From: an uncultured Gammaproteobacteria bacterium
GTDB lineage: Bacteria > Patescibacteriota > Microgenomatia > Daviesbacterales > UBA10151
DNA: 32,000 nt
Assembly (NCBI GenBank): GCA_964360965.1
Contig: CAYHYM010000002.1
Span: 30,001-62,000, forward strand
Reading direction: 5' to 3'
Below, piece after piece: positions 16,777 through 23,175 of the stretch; the first letter of the stretch is position 1; each line of letters starts with the position of its first letter. A program made the position numbers and the translations under genes. The notes beneath the pieces were generated by a model that saw only the letters and a list, made by a program, of their open reading frames with translations, searched no databases and had not been told where the DNA came from.

Positions 16777-17010
16777 TTAGGCAACAACCGAAGCTTCAGT
16801 TACTTCGGGTCTCTTATATGGGGCTTTCACAATCCTTAAACACTTAGTACAATATTTTTTACCTTTATATACATGCAAATTAGGTTTTTGGACTCTTTTG
16901 TGAATAGGCGCTCTTAGAGCCCACACACCTCCTGCTCCTGAGGATCCTTTTTTATGCCTGGAGAAAGAGATCATGTTCTTACCTTTACCACAACGGTAAC
17001 AGATTAACAT
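16777..17010 (-). CDS. rpmB: 50S ribosomal protein L28
   Basis: 77 aa with C-x-x-CGKG near the N-terminus. SRHKKGSSGAGGVWALRAPIHKRVQKPNLH resembles the Thermus-type L28 segment [28 protein letters not shown]. Followed by CTKCLR. Confidence 0.75.
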   Translation of the reverse strand: MLICYRCGKGKNMISFSRHKKGSSGAGGVWALRAPIHKRVQKPNLHVYKGKKYCTKCLRIVKAPYKRPEVTEASVVA

Positions 17011-17011
17011 A

Positions 17012-17026
17012 TGGTAGAATTATATC
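17012..17026 (+). promoter_or_regulatory. extended -10 promoter giving a leaderless site-2 protease mRNA
   Basis: TGgTAGAAT at 17012-17020, then 6 nt (TATATC), then the ATG at 17027. There is no room for an SD. The same TGGTAGAAT box occurs at 17998-18006. Confidence 0.5.
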
Positions 17027-17665
17027 ATGAATCCTGAGTTTTTAGCATTATCAATCATTATCCTGTTATTTTCCGTCATCTTACATGAGGTCATGCATGG
17101 ATATGTAGCCTTAAGGTTTGGTGACCATACGGCACAGCGGGCTGGTAGATTAACCTTAAATCCTCTTCCTCATATTGATCTATTTGGCACCATACTTTTG
17201 CCAGGACTTTTGATCCTGTCCGGCTCCCCCATTCTGTTTGGCTGGGCCAAACCTGTGCCTGTAAACCCTTTAAATTTTTCCAACTTAAGAAAGGGGGAAC
17301 TGTTGGTCTCATCTGCCGGCATACTGGCCAACTTTGCTTTGGCTGCCGCTGCTACCATCCTCTACCACATCCTCAATGGTTTACCTCAAACTTTCCCTTT
17401 TTTGGTGGGAGCCCTGCTGCGCTTTACAGTTACCATTAATTTGGTGTTGGCAATTTTTAACCTTTTTCCCATTCCACCTTTGGATGGATCAAAAGTGCTT
17501 TTGTCTCAGCTGCCATATAAATTGGCCAAACAATATCAAAAACTGGAACAATATGGCTTTATCATTTTACTGATTCTTCTGATGATCCCATTTGGCCAAT
17601 CATCACTTTTACAAACTATCTTGGGTTTTTTGGTGAGAATATTTTCCAGAGTATTGGGATTTTAA
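17027..17665 (+). CDS. site-2 protease family (M50) intramembrane metalloprotease
   Basis: 212 aa and multi-TM. Has HEVMH (HExxH) in TM1 and the NLFPIPPLDGSKV (NxxPxxxLDG) motif. No PDZ domain. Confidence 0.85.
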   Translation: MNPEFLALSIIILLFSVILHEVMHGYVALRFGDHTAQRAGRLTLNPLPHIDLFGTILLPGLLILSGSPILFGWAKPVPVNPLNFSNLRKGELLVSSAGILANFALAAAATILYHILNGLPQTFPFLVGALLRFTVTINLVLAIFNLFPIPPLDGSKVLLSQLPYKLAKQYQKLEQYGFIILLILLMIPFGQSSLLQTILGFLVRIFSRVLGF

Positions 17666-17692
17666 ACCATTTAAATACCGTAATCTACACAA

Positions 17693-17726
17693 CCCTATTG
17701 ACAAACATCATAAGCTGTGCAACAAT
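17693..17726 (+). promoter_or_regulatory. promoter for the candidate ncRNA
   Basis: CCCTATTGACAAA (-35 TTGACA at 17698-17703), a 17-nt spacer, and a weak -10 AACAAT (17721-17726). The 13-mer is identical to the one in front of pyrF. Confidence 0.4.
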
Positions 17727-17733
17727 TAAATTA

Positions 17734-17930
17734 CCCTAAAGGGGCTTAAGTAGATGGCCTTAAAGGGTGACTGTCCCTACATAGCACGTTTAAAGCCAAA
17801 ATATTTTTCTTCACTGTTTTGTAACTTTACGGGAGTTCGGAGTAGACGTTCAGTTTACATGAACGTCTCAGAACACCCACCTCAATATAATTGAGGGAAA
17901 AATTTGGCTAAACGACTATAGTAGGGAGGA
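17734..17930 (+). ncRNA. candidate structured ncRNA of unknown class
   Basis: No long ORF. A long-range imperfect helix of about 20 bp pairs 17774-17797 with 17906-17927. It encloses a perfect 9-bp hairpin (17844-17868) and a 7-bp hairpin (17880-17896). There is a further 5' hairpin at 17733-17768. I could not match it to the RNase P, SRP, tmRNA or 6S signatures that I know. Confidence 0.35.
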
Positions 17931-17997
17931 ATTATTCTAGTTAGTTTGTAATAATTTACTTCTTCCACGATTTATATCGTAAATATTTCTAATTTTT

Positions 17998-18006
17998 TGG
18001 TAGAAT
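17998..18006 (+). promoter_or_regulatory. extended -10 promoter for the tRNA-Thr pair
   Basis: TGgTAGAAT lies 11 nt upstream of the first tRNA. Confidence 0.45.
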
Positions 18007-18017
18007 ATACTGTGTGT

Positions 18018-18092
18018 GCCTCCTTAGCTCAATGGTAGAGCAACGGTTCTGTAAACCGTCGACGACAGTTCGATTTCTGTCAGGAGGCTCCA
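18018..18092 (+). tRNA. tRNA-Thr (anticodon UGU by hand fold), CCA encoded
   Basis: Acceptor GCCTCCT/AGGAGGC, D arm GCTC-AATGGTA-GAGC, anticodon arm ACGGT-TCTGTAA-ACCGT, T arm GACAG/CTGTC. Atypical features: C at position 33 and an apparent 8-nt T loop (TTCGATTT). Confidence 0.65.
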
Positions 18093-18117
18093 TGTTTACA
18101 GTGAGCGAAGCCGAACT

Positions 18118-18189
18118 GCCGACATAGCTTAGTGGCAAAGCACTTCATTGGTAATGAAGAGAGCGCGGGTTCGATCCCCGCTGTCGGCT
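18118..18189 (+). tRNA. tRNA-Thr (anticodon GGU), no encoded CCA
   Basis: Acceptor GCCGACA/TGTCGGC, D arm GCTT-AGTGGCA-AAGC, anticodon arm CTTCA-TTGGTAA-TGAAG, T arm GCGGG-TTCGATC-CCCGC. Confidence 0.9.
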
Positions 18190-18224
18190 CTGGATTTACT
18201 TAAGACTGAAGACTTAATACAAAA

Positions 18225-18581
18225 ATGGCATTCAGATTTAGGAATTTTCCGATTTATGAGGATATACGTTCGTTCATTAAAGATATCTATCAATTGGCTA
18301 ATAAGCTACCAAAACAGGAACAATTTGAACTAGCTTCTCAATTAAGGCGCGCAGCTACCTCTATATTACTTAATCTAGCAGAAGGTTCTATGAAAAGATC
18401 TGATGCGGAGTTTAATCGTTTTCTAATGATCTCAGTGGGTTCAGTAAGCGAAATTGTAGCTATTTTAGACGTTTGTTTTGACCTGGATTATATTAGTGCT
18501 CCAACACATCAACAATTTATGCTAAAATGTGAATCTATTGCTAAAAGACTCTATGGTTTTAGTAGAAGATTAAAATCTTAA
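18225..18581 (+). CDS. four-helix-bundle protein (23S rRNA intervening-sequence protein / Avd-like family)
   Basis: 118 aa. FRNFPIYEDIRSFIKDIYQLANKLPKQEQFELASQLRRAATSILLNLAEGS...FLMISVGSVSEI is the characteristic pattern of this family. Confidence 0.85.
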   Translation: MAFRFRNFPIYEDIRSFIKDIYQLANKLPKQEQFELASQLRRAATSILLNLAEGSMKRSDAEFNRFLMISVGSVSEIVAILDVCFDLDYISAPTHQQFMLKCESIAKRLYGFSRRLKS

Positions 18582-18614
18582 GTCTTTAGTGTTATGTATT
18601 AAGTATTTTGTAAT

Positions 18615-18788
18615 ATGGCTAAAAAGGGAAATAGACAATTAATATCTTTTCAATGTTCTGAATGTAAAAACAGGAATTATACCTCATCAAAAAACACTAT
18701 CAATAGCAAAGATCGTCTTACTTTGAACAAATTTTGTAAACATTGCAGAAAGCATACAGAGCACCAAGAGGTCAAAATAGGCAAATAA
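18615..18788 (+). CDS. rpmG: 50S ribosomal protein L33
   Basis: Not in the ORF track (57 aa). Hand translation: MAKKGNRQLISFQCSECKNRNYTSSKNTINSKDRLTLNKFCKHCRKHTEHQEVKIGK, with the CxxC...CxxC zinc ribbon and the L33 pattern. Confidence 0.9.
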   Translation: MAKKGNRQLISFQCSECKNRNYTSSKNTINSKDRLTLNKFCKHCRKHTEHQEVKIGK

Positions 18789-18824
18789 ACTAAATTTTTT
18801 CCTCTTAAAATTTTAACCCCATAT

Positions 18825-18853
18825 TTGACAAATGAGTTCGAACCATATATGAT
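18825..18853 (+). promoter_or_regulatory. sigma70-like promoter of the HTH/LAGLIDADG-like ORF
   Basis: TTGACA (18825-18830)-17 nt-TATGAT (18848-18853). The TTG used as the ORF-track start is the -35 hexamer. Confidence 0.5.
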
Positions 18854-18866
18854 GGTTGTGAAACCC

Positions 18867-19526
18867 ATGCCCTATTCCATAGATACTAAAGAAAAAGCAA
18901 TATCCCTTCGAAAACAGGGATACTCCATAAAAGAAGTTGCAGCACTACTCAATATAGCACAAAGCACATCTTCTTTATGGTTAAGGGAGATAATACTTTC
19001 ACCTCAAGCACAAGATCGCCTCAGAGATAGGAAAATTCTAGGGCAATATAAAGCTATTGAAACTCATAGAAAAAAGAGGTTATCTGTAATAAATGGATTC
19101 CATAAAATAGCTCTGGATGAATTATCAAAGGTTAAATTTAATAAAGCTATATATAAACTTTTGTGTGCGCTCTTTTTCTGGACAGAGGGAGGGAGATCAA
19201 CAGATAGCTATGTATATTTTATTAACTCTGATCCTGTTATGGTAAAAACTTTTGTCAAACTTCTTCATCTGTCTTTCCCTATTGAAGAAAGAAAACTGCG
19301 TGCTATGGTCCAAATACACGAGTATCATAACGATGTCGATACCAAGAAATTTTGGTCAGAAATAACACAAATTCCTGTTGGTCAATTCTCTAAAAGTTAT
19401 TTAAAACCTCATACAGGAAAAAGGATTAGAGACGGATACCAAGGAAGTATAAGAATAAGATATTACGATTATAAGATTGCATTAGAACTACGCGCATTCT
19501 ATAATGTGTTGGCTCAAATAATATAG
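18867..19526 (+). CDS. HTH plus LAGLIDADG-like (single-motif) putative homing endonuclease
   Basis: 219 aa from the ATG at 18867. N-terminal resolvase-type HTH (LRKQGYSIKEVAALLNIAQSTSSLWL). Central LLCALFFWTEGGRSTDSYVYFINSDPVMVKTFVKLL resembles the LAGLIDADG motif plus its following beta strand. The family call is tentative. Confidence 0.45.
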   Translation: MPYSIDTKEKAISLRKQGYSIKEVAALLNIAQSTSSLWLREIILSPQAQDRLRDRKILGQYKAIETHRKKRLSVINGFHKIALDELSKVKFNKAIYKLLCALFFWTEGGRSTDSYVYFINSDPVMVKTFVKLLHLSFPIEERKLRAMVQIHEYHNDVDTKKFWSEITQIPVGQFSKSYLKPHTGKRIRDGYQGSIRIRYYDYKIALELRAFYNVLAQII

Positions 19527-19597
19527 GGGTGTAGCTCAGTTGGTAGAGCACTCGTCTCCAAAACGAGCGGTCGTAGGTTCGACTCCTACCGCCCCTG
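19525..19597 (+). tRNA. tRNA-Trp (anticodon CCA), no encoded CCA end
   Basis: Acceptor AGGGGTG/CGCCCCT, D arm GCTC-AGTTGGTA-GAGC, anticodon arm CTCGT-CTCCAAA-ACGAG, T arm GTAGG-TTCGACT-CCTAC. Overlaps the TAG stop of the upstream ORF by 2 nt. Confidence 0.9.
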
Positions 19598-19619
19598 CAA
19601 AATCTATCTATACAATGTA

Positions 19620-19648
19620 TTGACAATTAATGTACAAAAGGTTACTAT
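19620..19648 (+). promoter_or_regulatory. brnTA promoter
   Basis: TTGACA-17 nt-TACTAT. The GTG start at 19655 is the 7th nt after the -10, so the mRNA would be leaderless or nearly so. Confidence 0.5.
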
Positions 19649-19654
19649 ACTCAT

Positions 19655-19957
19655 GTGGCTTTTGGTATTAAGTTTAATGAGGAAAAAAATGAATTACTGA
19701 AAGCTACAAGAAAAGTTAGTTTTGAGGATGTCTTGGAGGCTTTCAAGGAAGAGAAACTGTTAGCTGATATTGCTCACCCAAGTCAAAAGCATCCTCATCA
19801 GAAATTATATGTAATAGAAATTAAAGGGTATGCATATGCAGTTCCCTATGTTTTAGATACTAGAAAACAAGAAATATTTTTGAAAACAGTCTATCCAAGT
19901 AGAACGTTGACAAAAATATATTTGAAAGGTGAAAAGTATGAAAAAAAGAAAAAGTAA
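19655..19957 (+). CDS. brnT: BrnT-like (DUF497) toxin
   Basis: 100 aa. FNEEKNELLKATRKVSFEDVLEAF parallels the BrnT WDxxKxxxNxxKHGVSFEEA N-terminus. Followed by an overlapping BrnA-like gene. The GTG start is uncertain. Confidence 0.65.
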   Translation: MAFGIKFNEEKNELLKATRKVSFEDVLEAFKEEKLLADIAHPSQKHPHQKLYVIEIKGYAYAVPYVLDTRKQEIFLKTVYPSRTLTKIYLKGEKYEKKKK

Positions 19958-20246
19958 TCTTTTTGATAATTTGCTTTTAGATAAGCAAGAAAAACTACTG
20001 GAAGAATCCTTGGAAAGAGGCGAATTTGAGGACAGTCCTAATTTTGAAAATACTAAGAGAATGTTGCAGGAAGCGGCAACCCGGTATTCGGAGTTGCATA
20101 CTTCCAAACCAGTTACACTTAGGATCAACCAACTTGATTTAATTAAAATTAAAGCCAAAGCCAAACGAAAACAAATCCCCTATCAAACGCTGATCGGGGC
20201 TTTACTTCATGAGTATGCTGTAGGAGAAAAAGATTTAAGTCTATAA
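19938..20246 (+). CDS. brnA: BrnA-like antitoxin (C-terminal ribbon-helix-helix)
   Basis: KPVTLRINQLDLIKIKAKAKRKQIPYQTLIGALLHEYAVGE is the typical BrnA/CopG C-terminus. The ATG at 19938 overlaps the brnT end. Confidence 0.75.
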   Translation: MKKRKSNLFDNLLLDKQEKLLEESLERGEFEDSPNFENTKRMLQEAATRYSELHTSKPVTLRINQLDLIKIKAKAKRKQIPYQTLIGALLHEYAVGEKDLSL

Positions 20247-20300
20247 TACCTTCCAACATAGTCCTTCGATAAACTCACCATAAATTCACCAAGACCTGCC
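20240..20300. repeat. left copy of an imperfect direct repeat flanking the 20427-20963 gene
   Basis: The exact 23-mer TCTATAATACCTTCCAACATAGT (20240-20262) is repeated at 21129-21151. It is followed by CCTTCGATAAACTCACC...CAAGACCTGCC, which resembles units in the right copy. Confidence 0.7.
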
Positions 20301-20426
20301 CAGTGTGCTTATTTTGGACTATAATAGCAAGCTTTTCTAGGATCGCTCTAAATCAAGTCCCTAAATCCTAATAAAGGTTGACGCTTTGGAACTGCTACCT
20401 TTTTGATACATCTTGAAAAGATATTA

Positions 20427-20963
20427 TTACTCTGCTTTTTTTGCAATTTCCCTAGGTTGATCCAAGAAATCATCTCTTAACCATAATCCTCCTACCCGTA
20501 AAATGGTCTCGATATTTAAGGCATTTTTATAGACATATTCCTTGACTGGATTCATCATTGCATCTTCTTTTAGAGAAAGTAAAACATTCCTAGCTGTTTC
20601 TTGAACATCATATTCTGTATAATCTTTTGGTAAAGAATTTTTAAGATTCTTCAATAAAAATTCTTTACTCTCATCAAGAATTTTCTCTAAGCCACTTTCT
20701 CTAATTAACATTGCACCATATTCTGTAGGCTGTAACGGGCTACCTGGTGCCTCTGTTAGTAAATGATCTAACTGAATTCCAGCACTTCTGAAATAAGTTT
20801 GAATTTCGATAATAGCATTGCCCATCCTCTTAATGGATCTACCTAGAGGATCGAGCTTACGATTCAAAATAATCACTATGAAAAAAGCTAGAATAAGAAA
20901 TGGTGTAATATTACTTGGGGTAATCCCCACATATTTTAGAAATTCAAAAATTTCACTTAACAT
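20427..20963 (-). CDS. hypothetical membrane-anchored protein
   Basis: 178 aa with one N-terminal TM (ITPFLILAFFIVIILN) and a soluble C-terminal domain of unknown family. It has its own strong SD (GGGAGGGAG 8 nt before the ATG) and a TATAAT box upstream, unlike most neighbours. Confidence 0.5.
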   Translation of the reverse strand: MLSEIFEFLKYVGITPSNITPFLILAFFIVIILNRKLDPLGRSIKRMGNAIIEIQTYFRSAGIQLDHLLTEAPGSPLQPTEYGAMLIRESGLEKILDESKEFLLKNLKNSLPKDYTEYDVQETARNVLLSLKEDAMMNPVKEYVYKNALNIETILRVGGLWLRDDFLDQPREIAKKAE

Positions 20964-21128
20964 TCTTTTCTCCCTCCCATCTAGCCATTATAATCTTGAT
21001 TGTAACGTTTGGGTACTAATATTAAAAGTATCAAACTATCCCACCCATTTCGATTAAGCTATTACAGATTTATAAATCGATAAGATAAGCTAGGCATAGC
21101 TTTGAAGTAGAATAAATCTATTATTTTC

Positions 21129-21213
21129 TCTATAATACCTTCCAACATAGTGCTTCGGCTTCGCTCAGTATAAATTTACCCTTCGGTAAACTCAGGACAA
21201 GCCAGGGCCTGCA
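21129..21213. repeat. right copy of the direct repeat (expanded with CTTCG/GCTCAG units)
   Basis: TCTATAATACCTTCCAACATAGT followed by GCTTCGGCTTCGCTCAGTATAAATTTACCCTTCGGTAAACTCAGGACAAGCCAGGGCCTGC. It shares CTCAGGACAAG with 8637-8647 and GGCTTCGCTCAG with 9006-9017. Confidence 0.7.
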
Positions 21214-21248
21214 TATCAGAACGAACTTGACTATGTTAACATATAAGT

Positions 21249-22562
21249 ATGGCTGATGATCCACCAAGAAAGCAGCATGAGCATGCCTCTTTGATTTTCC
21301 CCAAAGACTTTTTATGGGGAACTGCCACATCTGCCCATCAGGTAGAAGGGAACAACTTTTTTAATGATTGGTGGGACTGGGAAATACGCCATCAGCCTTT
21401 ATCCATGCGCTCAGGGCGAGCCTGTGACCAATATCATTTATATGAAAAAGATTTTAATCTGGCCCGCTCTTTGGGCCATAATGCCCACAGGTTATCTATT
21501 GAATGGTCCAGGATAGAACCCGAAGAAGGAAAATTTGATGAGGCTGAAATTGAGCATTATGTTAAGTTACTTAAATACCTTAAATCGCTTAATTTTAAGG
21601 TGATGTTGACTCTTTGGCACTTTACACTTCCGAAGTGGTTAGCAGATAGGGGTGGCTGGGAAAATGGTAAAACTGTTGATTATTTCATCAGATTTGTGGA
21701 AAAAATTGTACCCAAACTAAAAGATGATATTGATCTATGGATCACCATCAATGAACCTGGAGTGGCTGTTTCTCAGGGGTATTTAGTGGCTGTTTGGCCT
21801 CCCCAAAAAAAGAGCAAATGGGCTGCTTTGAAAGCCTACTGGAATATGACCCAAGCTCACAAAAAAGCTTATAAAATCATCCATAGACTGGTACCAGACG
21901 CTCAAGTTGGTATAGCCAATAACCTAGCTTCTTTTGATGCCTTTCATCACCACTCGGTCTTAGAAGGAATCTCTGAATGGGGACTAGATATTATTAATAA
22001 TCACCTATTTTATAAATTAACAGGCATGGGAACCCATGATTTTTTAGGCATTAACTATTACTTTAATCAGTATATTAGCTTCAGTGGCAAATCCAGATTT
22101 CCTTCCCTGGTTGATATCTCAACCACTAAAAAAGATGTTTCTGATATGGGATGGGAGATCTATCCGGAGGGGATGTTTGACATATTGATGGACTTTTCTG
22201 ATTATCACAAACCGATGTATATTACTGAAAATGGTTTGGCTTCTACCAATGATGATCGTAGGGTTAGGTTTTTACTCTCTTATCTTAAAGAAATTTATCA
22301 TGCCATCCAAACAGGAGCGGATGTGAAAGGATATTTTCATTGGAGTCTAATTGATAACTTTGAATGGACAGACGGCTTTACCCCCAGATTTGGTCTGATG
22401 GAAGTTGACTATTCTACTCAGAAGCGTATTCCCAGACCCTCAGCTTATGTTTATCAAGAAATTATTAAGCATAATGGTATAGAACATAAAATGTTAAAAC
22501 TACTTGGCCATGGATTAAATGTAGAAGAGGAGCTAAAAAAGATGGCCAAAAAGGATCATTAA
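21249..22562 (+). CDS. GH1 beta-glucosidase
   Basis: 437 aa with FLWGTATSAHQVEG, TLWHFTLPKW, the acid/base TINEP, the nucleophile YITENG and WSLIDNFEW. Confidence 0.9.
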   Translation: MADDPPRKQHEHASLIFPKDFLWGTATSAHQVEGNNFFNDWWDWEIRHQPLSMRSGRACDQYHLYEKDFNLARSLGHNAHRLSIEWSRIEPEEGKFDEAEIEHYVKLLKYLKSLNFKVMLTLWHFTLPKWLADRGGWENGKTVDYFIRFVEKIVPKLKDDIDLWITINEPGVAVSQGYLVAVWPPQKKSKWAALKAYWNMTQAHKKAYKIIHRLVPDAQVGIANNLASFDAFHHHSVLEGISEWGLDIINNHLFYKLTGMGTHDFLGINYYFNQYISFSGKSRFPSLVDISTTKKDVSDMGWEIYPEGMFDILMDFSDYHKPMYITENGLASTNDDRRVRFLLSYLKEIYHAIQTGADVKGYFHWSLIDNFEWTDGFTPRFGLMEVDYSTQKRIPRPSAYVYQEIIKHNGIEHKMLKLLGHGLNVEEELKKMAKKDH

Positions 22563-23119
22563 TGACTGAACAAGTACAACCCCCTGATTTTCGTAGGCAG
22601 CTCTGGATTGATCTTCTTAAAGCGGCGCGGGAAGGTAGACCAATCAGTGAACAGGACAAGAAGGCCTTAGAGTTAAGAAAGTTATGTCTTCAGGTAGCTG
22701 ATACTTTAACAGATTTAGTGATTGATCCTAAGATTGAAAATAGTGTAGAAGAGGCTGAACTAGTTGCTAAGCTAGCAGATGAGTTACAAAACATCAAAGA
22801 ATATGGTGTTGTAGGCAGTATGCATGTAGGGGACCCCCCAGAATCATTTAATACTACCCTCAAAATGACTGAATATCTGGCAGGACAAATTATAAACGCA
22901 TTGGAACAAGCAACTTTAGTTACACCTACCCAGATTAATCCTCAACTAGAAGAATTTAGTGAGGTCTACCAGAAAACACCAGATGGAGTAATGGCTATGA
23001 TGAATAGTGACTATATCTCTCCAAACGTGACTGATTTTACTGTAATAGTTGGAGTTAGAAATTTAACACGCGCAAGACTTTACGCTGACTTAGAAAGTTC
23101 TCTAGAAAATCAGACCTAA
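22562..23119 (+). CDS. hypothetical protein (185 aa)
   Basis: ORF overlaps the GH1 stop by 1 nt. Acidic and soluble, with no recognised motifs. Confidence 0.45.
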   Translation: MTEQVQPPDFRRQLWIDLLKAAREGRPISEQDKKALELRKLCLQVADTLTDLVIDPKIENSVEEAELVAKLADELQNIKEYGVVGSMHVGDPPESFNTTLKMTEYLAGQIINALEQATLVTPTQINPQLEEFSEVYQKTPDGVMAMMNSDYISPNVTDFTVIVGVRNLTRARLYADLESSLENQT

Positions 23120-23175
23120 GAATAAAAAGGCGTAGCTTGAATGCTACAGTGTCCACATAGTATGGTAAATACAGT

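Noticed and set aside
17754-17894. 46-aa ORF (MALKGDCPYIARLKPKYFSSLFCNFTGVRSRRSVYMNVSEHPPQYN) inside the candidate ncRNA
   Set aside because: It has no resemblance to any small protein I know (it is not L32/L34/L36-like). It spans the hairpins and the long-range helix, which explain the region better as RNA. It is kept as the main alternative hypothesis.
18225-18581. Four-helix-bundle gene as the Avd component of a diversity-generating retroelement
   Set aside because: There is no reverse transcriptase ORF and no template/variable repeat pair anywhere in the window.
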